DNA of 64,000 nt from an uncultured Christensenella sp. (GCA_949296965.1 CASFQL010000021.1:15247-79246), one strand, 5' to 3'. Positions 28,764 through 38,054 are shown, numbered from the stretch's first letter. Numbers and translations are program-made. Notes: generated by a model not told the origin, from the letters alone.

Positions 28764-29738
28764 CTAATTACTCTCAATTTCTTTTATTATTTTTTCTCTT
28801 AATTTATCAATTCCCTTAAAGTCCATATTTCTTATATAATATTCTTCAACTTTTTTGTGATAAATTTTTGCATTGCTAATACTTTGACCTGCAAGAGTTA
28901 GTAGTCTATCCATTATTTTTTTATTTTCAAAAGAGTTTTGCCAAATATTATTTACTATCAAAATGTCAAGTTCATTAACATATATACTTTCCCTATGACA
29001 ACAATCAAGTAAAGATAGAAATGATACAAACTCTATTTTTCTTTCTTGTAAATAATTAGCAATATAATTTAAAATTTGCACGCCAATAAAGTAGTTATCA
29101 CTATTTAAGTTGACTATTTTTTTAAAATTATTTCTTTCTTGGAAAGTTTCAATCCCATTAGCCCCTAAATACGACAAAAACAATTTTCTCTGTTTGCCTT
29201 TTTTTCTAGTCTTATTAAGTCCTAATTTTGAGAGCAATCTTTTACCCTGTTTTTCTACTTCATTTTTATCAATATCAAAAAGCAAATTTTCTAGTTTTAC
29301 TAATTCTCCGACACAACTTAAATATCCATAGCCTAATTTAAAGTTTAAACTTTTTTTGCTAAGTAAGTTTTCTATTTCTTCTTTGTTTTCTTTAACCCCA
29401 CTACCGATAAAGTCACCTATATTCACAATTTTTTCTTTAACTTGTGGAATACTTGCTTCTGTCACATGCGGAGCTGTTCCGTCAACAATAGAAATTTTTT
29501 TCTCAACAATTCTCACTCCATCAAGACTTTCCATATCTGACGAGCAATAAAAATATTCAATGTTATAACCTTGATTTTCAAAATACTCGCCAATTTTTTT
29601 CATAAAAGAACTTTTACCTGTTCCCGGTCCGCCTTTTAAAATATAAACAAAATCATCTTTTGTATAATAAATATTATCAAAATAATTTTTAAATCCTTGG
29701 CAGGTATTACCTGCCCCAAAACATACTAATTTTTTCAT
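28764..29738 (-). CDS. P-loop NTPase of unknown function (PRK06851-like)
   Basis: 324 aa with the Walker A motif LKGGPGTGKSSFMKKIG. It diverges from dpaA. Family assignment is by recollection only. Confidence 0.6.
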   Translation of the reverse strand: MKKLVCFGAGNTCQGFKNYFDNIYYTKDDFVYILKGGPGTGKSSFMKKIGEYFENQGYNIEYFYCSSDMESLDGVRIVEKKISIVDGTAPHVTEASIPQVKEKIVNIGDFIGSGVKENKEEIENLLSKKSLNFKLGYGYLSCVGELVKLENLLFDIDKNEVEKQGKRLLSKLGLNKTRKKGKQRKLFLSYLGANGIETFQERNNFKKIVNLNSDNYFIGVQILNYIANYLQERKIEFVSFLSLLDCCHRESIYVNELDILIVNNIWQNSFENKKIMDRLLTLAGQSISNAKIYHKKVEEYYIRNMDFKGIDKLREKIIKEIESN

Positions 29739-29832
29739 ATTATTATTTTATTTTTTTTAAAAAATTATTGTTACAAAAAAGTAACATTAGACCTTGAAAT
29801 GACATAAGGTGATTTGTAAAGGACGATTAAAG

Positions 29833-30591
29833 ATGAAAAATTTATTTTTAGACTTAAAAGACAAAAGAATAAACTTTATAAAAAAAGATTTTGAAGAACT
29901 AGGCTATAAAGTTTTTGATTTTGAAAAAGATATAAATTTTATTACAAATAATGATGTATGTGTTCTTTCCCCTGCTTACAAGTGGAAAGAAGAAATATTT
30001 AATAAATTACCAAACAAAATTAAAATATTTGGTGGTAATATTGACGAAAATTTACTTAAAACAAAACAAATTAATTATTACAACTTAATGAGAAATGAAA
30101 ATTTTGTTTTAACTAATGCAAATTTTACCGCGGAAGGATTTTTGGTCGATTTAATATCAAATACTAATTCTTCTATTTATGAACAAAACATTTTAATTTT
30201 AGGAAGTGGTAGAGTCGCTAAGGCAGTTGCTTATCTTCTTTTAAAACTAAATGTTAACTTTGATATAGCAATGAGAAATGAAAAAGAATGTAATCATTTT
30301 AAACTTATTTGTAAAAATACTTACAATTTTAATGAATATAAAGACAAATTAAAAAACTATGATGTAATTATCAATACAATTCCACAAATTTTATTTGAAA
30401 AAAATGATAAAAATCTTTTTAAAACAAATTGTGTATTATTTGAACTCGCATCTATTAAGTGTTTAAATTTAAATGATTTTAGTAGCGTTAATTATATTCT
30501 TTGCCCAGCACTTCCTGCTAAATATATGCCAAGGTCTGCTGGAAAATTAGTTTTTGAAATAGTTAAAAATTATTTACAGGGAGAAATTTAA
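29833..30591 (+). CDS. dpaA: Dipicolinate synthase subunit A
   Basis: NANFTAEGFL and the NAD-binding LILGSGRVAKAVAYLL are typical of SpoVFA. The dpaB gene follows immediately. The ATG at 29833 is preferred over the GTG at 29809. Confidence 0.85.
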   Translation: MKNLFLDLKDKRINFIKKDFEELGYKVFDFEKDINFITNNDVCVLSPAYKWKEEIFNKLPNKIKIFGGNIDENLLKTKQINYYNLMRNENFVLTNANFTAEGFLVDLISNTNSSIYEQNILILGSGRVAKAVAYLLLKLNVNFDIAMRNEKECNHFKLICKNTYNFNEYKDKLKNYDVIINTIPQILFEKNDKNLFKTNCVLFELASIKCLNLNDFSSVNYILCPALPAKYMPRSAGKLVFEIVKNYLQGEI

Positions 30592-30593
30592 TA

Positions 30594-31166
30594 ATGAATA
30601 TTGGTCTAGCAATAACAGGCTCTTTTTGCACTTATAGTCAAATTTTAGAGCAAATAAAATTTTTAGTAGAAAAAGGAAATAATGTAATTCCTATCGTTTC
30701 AAACGAAGTATTTTCTATTGATACTCGTTTTGGGAATGCTAATGAATTTATAAATAAACTTGAAGAAATTACAAAAAATAAAGTCGTTCATACCATTGTT
30801 GAAGCAGAACCACTTGGCCCTAAAAATGCAATAGATGTGTTAGCAATAGCTCCTTGCACTGGTAACACTCTTGCTAAACTCGCTAACGGACTTAGTGATG
30901 ATGCCGTTACTATGTCTAGTAAGGCTCATATGAGAAATTATAAGCCACTTGTTATTGGTTTATCTACAAACGATGCTCTTGGACTTAATTTACAAAATAT
31001 TGCAAAACTTATGAATGCTAAAAATGTTTTCTTTATACCATTTAGACAAGATGCACCTAACACAAAACCTAAGTCTATGATTGCTGATTTTAGTTTGTTA
31101 TATGACACAATTTTAAGTGCGATAGAAAATAAACAAATTCAACCTATTATACTAGGGACGAAGTAG
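30594..31166 (+). CDS. dpaB: Dipicolinate synthase subunit B (flavoprotein)
   Basis: MNIGLAITGSFCTY and APCTGNTLAKLANGLSD are hallmark SpoVFB/flavoprotein motifs. The length is 190 aa. Confidence 0.9.
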   Translation: MNIGLAITGSFCTYSQILEQIKFLVEKGNNVIPIVSNEVFSIDTRFGNANEFINKLEEITKNKVVHTIVEAEPLGPKNAIDVLAIAPCTGNTLAKLANGLSDDAVTMSSKAHMRNYKPLVIGLSTNDALGLNLQNIAKLMNAKNVFFIPFRQDAPNTKPKSMIADFSLLYDTILSAIENKQIQPIILGTK

Positions 31167-31173
31167 AATTAAC

Positions 31174-31262
31174 GGACTTTGTGCTGTGAAAAGTTTGAAA
31201 AACTTTTCACGGTGAAGTTTTTTAAAACTTCACACAAAAGTGAAACTTTTGGCACAAAGTCC
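31174..31262 (-). repeat. Four-way-junction repeat, copy G (reverse orientation)
   Basis: The plus strand reads GGACTTTGTGC | T | GTGAAAAGTTT-gaa-AAACTTTTCAC | G | GTGAAGTTTT-tt-AAAACTTCAC | A | CAAAAGT-gaa-ACTTTTG | GCACAAAGTCC. The CAAAAG hairpin is next to the 3' arm, so the forward form is on the minus strand. The copy starts 8 nt after the dpaB stop. Confidence 0.92.
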
Positions 31263-31455
31263 ATTTTTACTAATATAGTTGTAGTAAATATTATTATTCT
31301 CTTAGAATTCCACTTTTATATTTAATATGTTAAAGCAGATAAGAAATTATCTAAACAAAAACACCAAACTAAAAATGCTTAAAATTTTAGAAAATAAATC
31401 TTTATAATATGAATATAATTCATCTAATAATCATACAATAAAATAAAATTAAGTG

Positions 31456-31484
31456 TTGACAAAATAAACACAAATGAATATAAT
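31456..31484 (+). promoter_or_regulatory. Sigma-A-type promoter for the initiator tRNA
   Basis: TTGACA (31456-31461), a 17-nt spacer, then TATAAT (31479-31484). It lies 15 nt upstream of the mature tRNA 5' end. Confidence 0.7.
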
Positions 31485-31498
31485 AATAATGTTCTTAT

Positions 31499-31574
31499 CG
31501 CGGGGTGGAGCAGTTGGAAGCTCGCCGGGCTCATAACCCGGAGGTCGAAGGTTCGAGTCCTTCCCCCGCAACCA
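31499..31574 (+). tRNA. Initiator tRNA-fMet (anticodon CAU), CCA encoded
   Basis: The sequence is CGCGGGGTGGAGCAGTTGGAAGCTCGCCGGGCTCATAACCCGGAGGTCGAAGGTTCGAGTCCTTCCCCCGCAACCA. It has the C1-A72 mismatch and three consecutive G-C pairs closing the anticodon stem. Confidence 0.95.
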
Positions 31575-31582
31575 ATTTATTT

Positions 31583-31610
31583 AGGAAGACTAATAGTCTT
31601 TCTTTTTTTT
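31583..31610 (+). terminator. Rho-independent terminator after tRNA-fMet
   Basis: AGGAAGACTA-a-TAGTCTTTCT (one G-U pair) followed by T8. Confidence 0.7.
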
Positions 31611-31709
31611 AAATCACTATTTAATTTTATAATCTTAAAAATGAGAATTTGACACTAAAACTTGTAATTGACATATTCCCTGTTTTATCCTTTTACAAAG
31701 GAGAATTAT

Positions 31710-33200
31710 ATGAATAAGCAGGAATATTTATTTGAAAAAGTTTCTCAAATATTTAATGAAATGGAAAATATAAAATATGCGTTAAAAAAACTTTCTAATC
31801 CAACTGAGATTATCTCGCAACTTGACTTAATAAAAAATAACATACAAACTCTATCAAGTAACATTTCAAACAATACTCAAAATATTACCGAAATTAATTC
31901 TAGTATTGCCGAAATAAATAGTGATATTGAAAGTATTAATCAAACAAATTCGTCTATGCAACAAAGCATTACCAACAATACAAATAATATAGATTCAATT
32001 AATGGTAGGCTTACCCAAGCAATCAACAATATTTCAGCATTAGTCCAAGATTATTCTGACTTTTCTGATTCACTTACTGCATTAAATAACTTATTTTTAG
32101 AACTTAACCAAGACATTTTAGAACTAAATGACACTACAACTCAAATTTCTTCTAACTTAACTTCTAGTGTTTCTACACTTGAACAATCAATTGAAGATAC
32201 AAATACACAACTTACCCAAAAAATAACTCAAAATGAAAATAGTATATCTACAATTAATCAAAACATTACCGAAATAAATAGTGATATTGAAAGTATTAAC
32301 CAAACAAATTCGTCTATGCAACAAAGCATTACCAACAATACAAATAATATAGATTCAATTAATGGTAGGCTTACCCAAGCAATCAACAACATTTCAGCAT
32401 TAGTCCAAGATTATTCTGACTTTTCTGATTCACTTACTGCATTAAATAACTTATTTTTAGAACTTAACCAAGACATTTTAGAACTAAATGACACTACGAC
32501 TCAAATTTCTTCTAACTTAACTTCTAGTGTTTCTACACTTGAACAATCAATTGAAGATACAAATAACCAAGTAACAACAAATCAACTTAATATCGCTCAA
32601 TTAAATCTTTCAATGGACGAATTTCATCAAAGTGTTGAAAACTCCATTGATAATATGAACACGAGAATAATTGATGTTGAAAGCACAAGGACAAAAACTG
32701 ACGCATCAAATTTAACTTCTAACAATGTAACAAGTTGGAGAGAAAAACTTGGAATAAGTGAAAGCGTTATAAATTTCAATAACATAGAGCAAATGGAAGT
32801 AGTATATGATATTAATGATTCAACAAAATTAAAATTAGGAGAACTTACCTATAAAAATGGTATCCCAACTCAGATTGATATTTGTATAGGCGTTAACTTT
32901 TCAAAATATAAAAGACTAAGAATCTATTATAGTCATAACGGTTATCAATATTCTATAATAGGCGAAGTCGATTTAACTATACCTCTTTCAACAGAATACC
33001 CTGACAACAACAGGGCAACATTTACTGAAATGACGTCTACTGCTGATAAAAATTATCTCTTTATTTCTGGCATTGTCACATATAATAGATTTTACATTAA
33101 TAGCAATGGTTATATTTCGCGTTCTAGTAATGCAGTAAATAACAGACCAACTTCATCAAATCCTAAATATTTCGTTTACAGAATTGAAGGAATTTATTAG
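31710..33200 (+). CDS. Repetitive N/S/T/Q-rich coiled-coil protein with globular C-terminal domain (surface or tail-fibre-like; function unknown)
   Basis: The ATG at 31710 follows AAAGGAG (the ORF-track TTG at 31668 is unlikely). There are long heptad-like stretches (ITEINSDIESINQTNSSMQQSITNNTNNIDSINGRL...). An approximately 98-aa segment is duplicated with a 120-aa period. The C-terminal approximately 170 aa are non-repetitive. Confidence 0.75.
   Translation: MNKQEYLFEKVSQIFNEMENIKYALKKLSNPTEIISQLDLIKNNIQTLSSNISNNTQNITEINSSIAEINSDIESINQTNSSMQQSITNNTNNIDSINGRLTQAINNISALVQDYSDFSDSLTALNNLFLELNQDILELNDTTTQISSNLTSSVSTLEQSIEDTNTQLTQKITQNENSISTINQNITEINSDIESINQTNSSMQQSITNNTNNIDSINGRLTQAINNISALVQDYSDFSDSLTALNNLFLELNQDILELNDTTTQISSNLTSSVSTLEQSIEDTNNQVTTNQLNIAQLNLSMDEFHQSVENSIDNMNTRIIDVESTRTKTDASNLTSNNVTSWREKLGISESVINFNNIEQMEVVYDINDSTKLKLGELTYKNGIPTQIDICIGVNFSKYKRLRIYYSHNGYQYSIIGEVDLTIPLSTEYPDNNRATFTEMTSTADKNYLFISGIVTYNRFYINSNGYISRSSNAVNNRPTSSNPKYFVYRIEGIY
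31911..32565 (+). repeat. In-frame tandem duplication, period 360 bp, two about 295-bp near-identical cores (31911-32205 and 32271-32565)
   Basis: The two cores differ at only a few positions (attaatcaaac/attaaccaaac, aacaatattt/aacaacattt, actacaactc/actacgactc). Confidence 0.95.
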
Positions 33201-33260
33201 AAAATAATAAAATATTAAACAATAAAAGTTTTATGACTTTATAAACTCATAAAAACGACA

Positions 33261-33297
33261 AAAACTCTTACAAATCTAGTAAGAGTTTTTATTTTTT
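33261..33297. terminator. Bidirectional intrinsic terminator between the convergent coiled-coil gene and valS
   Basis: AAAACTCTTAC-aaatcta-GTAAGAGTTTT is flanked by an A-run on the left and a T-run on the right. Confidence 0.75.
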
Positions 33298-33318
33298 AAA
33301 ACTATTATTTACTAAAAA

Positions 33319-35733
33319 TTATTCTTCGATTATTCCTTCAACTTGTATTTGAGACTTATCACCTTTTTCATATTTGATATTAATAATTCCCGTTGCGTCT
33401 TTTATATCACTTTCACAAGATTTAACAAAATCAATATTATTAGTCGTTATTACTGCTCTTTCAAGTTTTGTTTTAAGACTAATCTTATTGTCTGTCTTAA
33501 AGCCCCTAACCTGCGAAACTATACTACAAACTTCATCACCATTCTTAATTAAATCTATATCTTCATCAATAATAGGCTTAGCAAATTCGAGCAAATGTAT
33601 ACTTTTTGCTTTTATACTATCTTTAAAAGTATTTTGATAAATCTCCTCTGTAATGTGTGGAAGATAAATGGCAAACATTTTTAATGTTTCAAGCAATACA
33701 TTATAGAGAGCAAATTGACCACTCTTTTTTGCTTCTTCCCCATAAATTTCAGGGTTATACAAACGAACCTTGGCAAGTTCAATATAGTTATCGCAAAAAT
33801 TCCAAAAGAAACTTTCAAGTTCGTTCATAGCAAGCCCTACTTCGTATTTTTCAAAATAATTTTTAAATTTTTTTGACATTTGACTAAATTTTGATAAAAT
33901 CCACCTGTCTAGTGGCAATAATTTTGTTTTACAATCTGGCTCATAATTTTCAATAAATAACCAAACAAATTTTGATGCATTATATATTTTATTTACAAGC
34001 CTTGCACCTATTTTAAACTTGTCTTCGCTATATAAAATATCTCTACCAAGAGAGCCCGTTGCAGTCCAATATCTTATAACATCGGCAGAATAAGTAGAAA
34101 TTAAATCTATTGGGTCAAATTTCGTATTACTTTTACTCTTAGACAATTTTTGTCCCGCACTTGCTAAGACAAAACCACTAATCATAACATTTTTCCAAGG
34201 AATTGTATTCGAATGATAAAAAGACTTAACAATCGTATAAAAGTCCCAAGTTCTAATAATGTCGTGTGCGTTAGGTCTTAAAGTCATTGGCATCATCTTT
34301 TTATAAAATTCATCGCTAACTTTCCATCTTGTATTTATTTGCGGAGTTATACTGCTTGTAGCCCAGGTGTCAAAAATATCTTTTTCAGGCTCAAAATTAT
34401 GTCCTCCGCATTTTGGACAAGCATTTTTAGGCAGAGTAGTGAGTGGGTTAACGGGCAAATCTTCTTCCCTTGCTACAATTATCTCCCCGCAATCTTTGCA
34501 ATACCAAACAGGAAATGGCACGCCAAAATATTTTTGCCTTGAAATACACCAGTCCATCATTAAGTTGTTAACCCAATCGTCATACCTTGATTTCATAAAT
34601 GATGGATACCAATTAATTTTGTTCCCAAGTTCTAACCACTTTTCTTTATTTTCAACTGTCTTAATAAACCATTGTTTTTTTAGTTTAATTTCCATCTCAT
34701 TTCCACATCTTTCGTGGACTGAAACTTGATGCTTAATAGGTTCTTGTCTAATTAACAAATCATTTTCTTTTAAGTCTTGTATAATTTGACTTCTTGCCTC
34801 TTTTACCTTTAATCCAGCATATTTTCCAGCAATTTCGGTCATTTTACCAAAATCGTCAATGGCAACTTTTAGTTCTAATTTGTATTTTTTAAACCACTGA
34901 GTATCAGTTTGGTCCCCAAATGTGCAACACATGACTACACCTGTTCCTTTTTCAAGGTCAACTTTGTCATCACTTAAAACAGGAACATAAAAATTATAAA
35001 GTGGAACCCTAACTTTCTTGCCTAACAAATGTAAATTCTTATCATCTTTTGGGTTAACAAAAATACAATCGCAAGCACACAATAACTCTGGTCTTGTAGT
35101 TGCTATCTCAACATAATTTTTGCTATTTTCAATATAAAATTTTAAATAATTAAAACTACTTTCTTTTTCTTCGCTTTCAAGTTCACTTTGTGCAATGGCA
35201 GTTTGACACTTTGTGCACCAAAGAGCAGGAGCATTTGAATAATAAACTTGCCCCTTTTTGTATAAATCTAAAAAAGATTTTTGACTTGCCTTTTGACTCT
35301 CTGGGCTAACTGTGTGATAAAGTAAATTCCAATCTGCACTATTGCCTGAAGATATAAATAATTTTTTAAACTCATCTTCATATTTATCAACTGTTTCAAG
35401 GCACATCTTTGTAAATTCTTCACGCGAAACTGTGTATGCTTTTAATTTTTTTTCCTTCTCTACAAGCAATTCTGTTGGTAGTCCATTATCATCAAAGCCA
35501 AATGGATAAAAAACATTATACCCCATCATTCTTTTATATCTTGCTATAAATTCTGCCTGAGAATAACTAAATATATGCCCTATGTGAATTTTCCCATTAA
35601 CTGTTGGAGGCGGAGTATCTATTGAAAATATAGGTTTATTTGACTTTTCATCAAATTTATAAATTTGTTCCTTTTGCCAATAATCTTGCCACTGTTTTTC
35701 TCTTGTCTTAAAATCATATTTTTTGTCTAACAT
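33319..35733 (-). CDS. valS: Valine--tRNA ligase (type-2, archaeal/actinobacterial-like)
   Basis: IDTPPPTVNGKIHIGH is a HIGH region of ValRS type. DWCISRQKYFGVPFPVWYC, KLSKSKSN (KMSKS) and the zinc-knuckle CKDCG...CPKCGG are present. The ATG at 35733 follows AAGGAA (the ORF-track TTG at 35754 is less likely). Confidence 0.85.
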   Translation of the reverse strand: MLDKKYDFKTREKQWQDYWQKEQIYKFDEKSNKPIFSIDTPPPTVNGKIHIGHIFSYSQAEFIARYKRMMGYNVFYPFGFDDNGLPTELLVEKEKKLKAYTVSREEFTKMCLETVDKYEDEFKKLFISSGNSADWNLLYHTVSPESQKASQKSFLDLYKKGQVYYSNAPALWCTKCQTAIAQSELESEEKESSFNYLKFYIENSKNYVEIATTRPELLCACDCIFVNPKDDKNLHLLGKKVRVPLYNFYVPVLSDDKVDLEKGTGVVMCCTFGDQTDTQWFKKYKLELKVAIDDFGKMTEIAGKYAGLKVKEARSQIIQDLKENDLLIRQEPIKHQVSVHERCGNEMEIKLKKQWFIKTVENKEKWLELGNKINWYPSFMKSRYDDWVNNLMMDWCISRQKYFGVPFPVWYCKDCGEIIVAREEDLPVNPLTTLPKNACPKCGGHNFEPEKDIFDTWATSSITPQINTRWKVSDEFYKKMMPMTLRPNAHDIIRTWDFYTIVKSFYHSNTIPWKNVMISGFVLASAGQKLSKSKSNTKFDPIDLISTYSADVIRYWTATGSLGRDILYSEDKFKIGARLVNKIYNASKFVWLFIENYEPDCKTKLLPLDRWILSKFSQMSKKFKNYFEKYEVGLAMNELESFFWNFCDNYIELAKVRLYNPEIYGEEAKKSGQFALYNVLLETLKMFAIYLPHITEEIYQNTFKDSIKAKSIHLLEFAKPIIDEDIDLIKNGDEVCSIVSQVRGFKTDNKISLKTKLERAVITTNNIDFVKSCESDIKDATGIINIKYEKGDKSQIQVEGIIEE

Positions 35734-35814
35734 TTTTATATTCCTTTTTAACAATTTTTATTTTAATTAATCTCTTTACTTAATTTATTATCTCTACCCA
35801 ATACTAAACTAGAC

Positions 35815-35906
35815 GAACTATGTGCTGTAAAAATTTTTTCAAAATTTTTACTGTGAAGTTTAATTCTTAAACTTCACCCAAAAGTGAAACTTTTGGCACA
35901 TAGTTC
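35815..35906 (-). repeat. Four-way-junction repeat, copy H (reverse on plus strand; sense to rsmD-valS)
   Basis: The plus strand reads GAACTATGTGC | T | GTAAAAATTTT-ttc-AAAATTTTTAC | T | GTGAAGTTTAA-ttc-TTAAACTTCAC | C | CAAAAGT-gaa-ACTTTTG | GCACATAGTTC. It lies in the 211-nt rsmD-valS spacer. Confidence 0.92.
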
Positions 35907-35944
35907 CCTCTTTAAAACTCTAATTGCAGTGCTACTAAATATTT

Positions 35945-36481
35945 TTATTTACTAATAAAGTCTACTTTAATTTTACCATAAATTCTACTATCAATAACTT
36001 TACTTTGATAACTATTTATTTTGTCTAATGAATGCTCAAAAACAATTATACCATTATCATTAAGTAAATCAAACTTAAAAATCTTTTGAATAGCAACTTG
36101 CGCTAAATCGCTATCAAAAGGAGGGTCCAAAAAAATAATATCAAATTTTTTGTTTTCATCTTTAAACAATTTTAGAGCATCGTAAAAATCTAAATTATGT
36201 AAAGAAAAGTTTTGAGCTTTAATTTTATCTAAAAATTTTTCTAACTCTCTAATATTTTGCTTGTTATTGTCAACAAAATCAACAAATTCAGCATTTCTAC
36301 TTAAACATTCAATACCAAGAGCCCCACTACCGCAAAACAAATCTAAGCACCTACTTTTCTCCATTCGAAATTGCATAATGTTGAAAATATTTTCTTTAAC
36401 TCTATCTAGTGTAGGTTTAACAATACTTTCTTTTGGCGAAGGTATGATAATCCCCCGATATTTACCCGAAATAATTCTCAT
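35945..36481 (-). CDS. rsmD: 16S rRNA (guanine966-N2)-methyltransferase RsmD
   Basis: MRIISGKYRG..KPTLDRVKENIFN..LDLFCGSGALGIE..DIIFLDPPF are canonical RsmD motifs. The start is taken at the M of MRIISG (36481) rather than the ORF-track 36538. Confidence 0.88.
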   Translation of the reverse strand: MRIISGKYRGIIIPSPKESIVKPTLDRVKENIFNIMQFRMEKSRCLDLFCGSGALGIECLSRNAEFVDFVDNNKQNIRELEKFLDKIKAQNFSLHNLDFYDALKLFKDENKKFDIIFLDPPFDSDLAQVAIQKIFKFDLLNDNGIIVFEHSLDKINSYQSKVIDSRIYGKIKVDFISK

Positions 36482-36736
36482 ACATATATAATAAATTAAA
36501 TAACAAAATAAGTAAATAAAATTTTTTTTAAAATTCACTATTTTTTATAGTTATAATATTGTGGAATTATACTATCCTAATTTTTAACAATGAAATAAAA
36601 CTTAAACCTTTTTTAAATTAGCAAAATTAAAATAAACGATACAAATGTAGCAGTTTCTGATTTTAATATTGTCAAAATAAGTTAAGATATCTTTTATTTT
36701 TTGAAAGGTAATTTTATTATAAAAAAACTCTACACT

Positions 36737-36779
36737 TAACAAAAAATTTTTCATTCTCTAACAAAAAATTTTTCATTCT
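36737..36779. repeat. Tandem 22-bp direct repeat (TAACAAAAAATTTTTCATTCT x2)
   Basis: Two 21-nt copies (36737-36757 and 36759-36779) are separated by a single C. They lie about 90 bp upstream of the tRNA-Lys promoter. Confidence 0.8.
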
Positions 36780-36866
36780 TAGTAAAAATAACTAAAAAAT
36801 TATGATAAAATAAATCAATAATGTGTTTTAGTAAATTCAAAGTTATCAACAATTTATAAATAATTG

Positions 36867-36895
36867 TTGACAAGTATAGCGATTGGTATTAAAAT
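36867..36895 (+). promoter_or_regulatory. Sigma-A-type promoter for tRNA-Lys
   Basis: TTGACA (36867-36872), a 17-nt spacer, then TAAAAT (36890-36895). Confidence 0.6.
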
Positions 36896-36937
36896 AAAAA
36901 AGCGATAAATAAGCAAAAATATTCAATATAATTTTAA

Positions 36938-37013
36938 GGACGACTAGCTCAGTTGGTAGAGCAACTGACTCTTAATCAGTGGGTCCAGGGTTCGAGTCCC
37001 TGGTCGTCCACCA
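36938..37013 (+). tRNA. tRNA-Lys (anticodon CUU), CCA encoded
   Basis: The sequence is GGACGACTAGCTCAGTTGGTAGAGCAACTGACTCTTAATCAGTGGGTCCAGGGTTCGAGTCCCTGGTCGTCCACCA, with anticodon loop CTCTTAA. Confidence 0.95.
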
Positions 37014-37020
37014 AAAATTA

Positions 37021-37050
37021 AGATAATACTTAAATTGTATTGTCTTTTTT
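37021..37050 (+). terminator. Rho-independent terminator after tRNA-Lys
   Basis: AGATAATAC-ttaaatt-GTATTGTCT (one T-G pair) followed by T8. The same hairpin is repeated at 37223-37252. Confidence 0.7.
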
Positions 37051-37181
37051 TTATTATTTGGACCCACTGATAGAGTTCTCAAAAATAGCAACAAAGTGAA
37101 ATTTTTGAGATATGGGTAAAACCAAGCAAAAAAGTCGTATTTTGCGTCAAGCAAATAGACATTAGCGAGTGTTTTACCCAA

Positions 37182-37252
37182 GGGTCCAGGGTTCGAGTCC
37201 TAAAATCTTCCACCAAAAATTAAGATAATACTTAAATTGTATTGTCTTTTTT
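37182..37252 (+). pseudogene. Duplicated 3' portion of tRNA-Lys (variable/T-arm, CCA) plus its terminator
   Basis: GGGTCCAGGGTTCGAGTCC (37182-37200) is identical to 36981-36999. TCCACCAAAAATTAAGATAATACTTAAATTGTATTGTCTTTTTT (37209-37252) is identical to 37007-37050. The 8 nt in between differ (TAAAATCT vs CTGGTCGT), so no acceptor stem can form. Confidence 0.85.
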
Positions 37253-37402
37253 CATTTATTTACTATGGAAGATGTAAAAAAGAAAAAATTAAAAGAAAAA
37301 TTTTATGCCAAAATTTTAAAGTTTTTTGCCCCTTTAATATAAAAAAATACATTTCAATTTTAGAAATGTATTTTTTCGATTTTAGAAATGTATTTTCGTT
37401 TT

Positions 37403-37891
37403 TTATTCTTTAACATAATCTGCTTTTGAAACTTTGAAAGTTGTTTTTGCAAGTTCAACTTTTTCTGCACCATTCATATAATAAATTTCAACTGACCAAT
37501 CTTTGTCTAGGTCTTCCTCTGCCCAACCTATCATAATTTTGACAATTTTATTTTCTTGGTTAGGAGCATCTTTATCAACATAAATGCCCGTTTCCGCGTC
37601 TGATGTTAATTCAAAGTCTTGGTTATCCTTTAAAATCCATTTAATTTCCGTTTTATCAACCAAACTGTCATCTATGTCGTAAATTATAATTGTTCTATGC
37701 CTGCTATCTGCTTTAACATCTTCCAAAACACTTTGAGAAAAATAACTTGTAATCTGCTCGTCAGTCATATTTTTTGTATTATAAAGTGTTAACTTAGAAG
37801 TTTCGCCACAACCAATTAATAAAAAAGAAGTCCCTACAAAAATAGATAGCAAAAACAAACCTAAAAAAATATTTTTAAACTTTTTCATCAT
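37403..37891 (-). CDS. Lipoprotein of unknown function
   Basis: 162 aa with the signal peptide and lipobox MMKKFKNIFLGLFLLSIFVGTSFLLIGC. The RBS is AAAGGAGGG. Confidence 0.8.
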   Translation of the reverse strand: MMKKFKNIFLGLFLLSIFVGTSFLLIGCGETSKLTLYNTKNMTDEQITSYFSQSVLEDVKADSRHRTIIIYDIDDSLVDKTEIKWILKDNQDFELTSDAETGIYVDKDAPNQENKIVKIMIGWAEEDLDKDWSVEIYYMNGAEKVELAKTTFKVSKADYVKE

Positions 37892-38054
37892 TCCCTCCTT
37901 TACTATATTATGTGAAAATAATTAGTGTTTATTAGTTAATTCTTATAATTTAAAAAATATTTTAGTATAAAATGAACAAAAAAATTTCTTTCTATTGATA
38001 CCTAAATTTTAATATGCTAAACTCATTATATAAATATAAGGAAAAGGAAATAAT

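Noticed and set aside
36972-37181. 69-aa minus-strand ORF
   Set aside because: It runs antisense through tRNA-Lys, its terminator and the duplication filler, and has no RBS.
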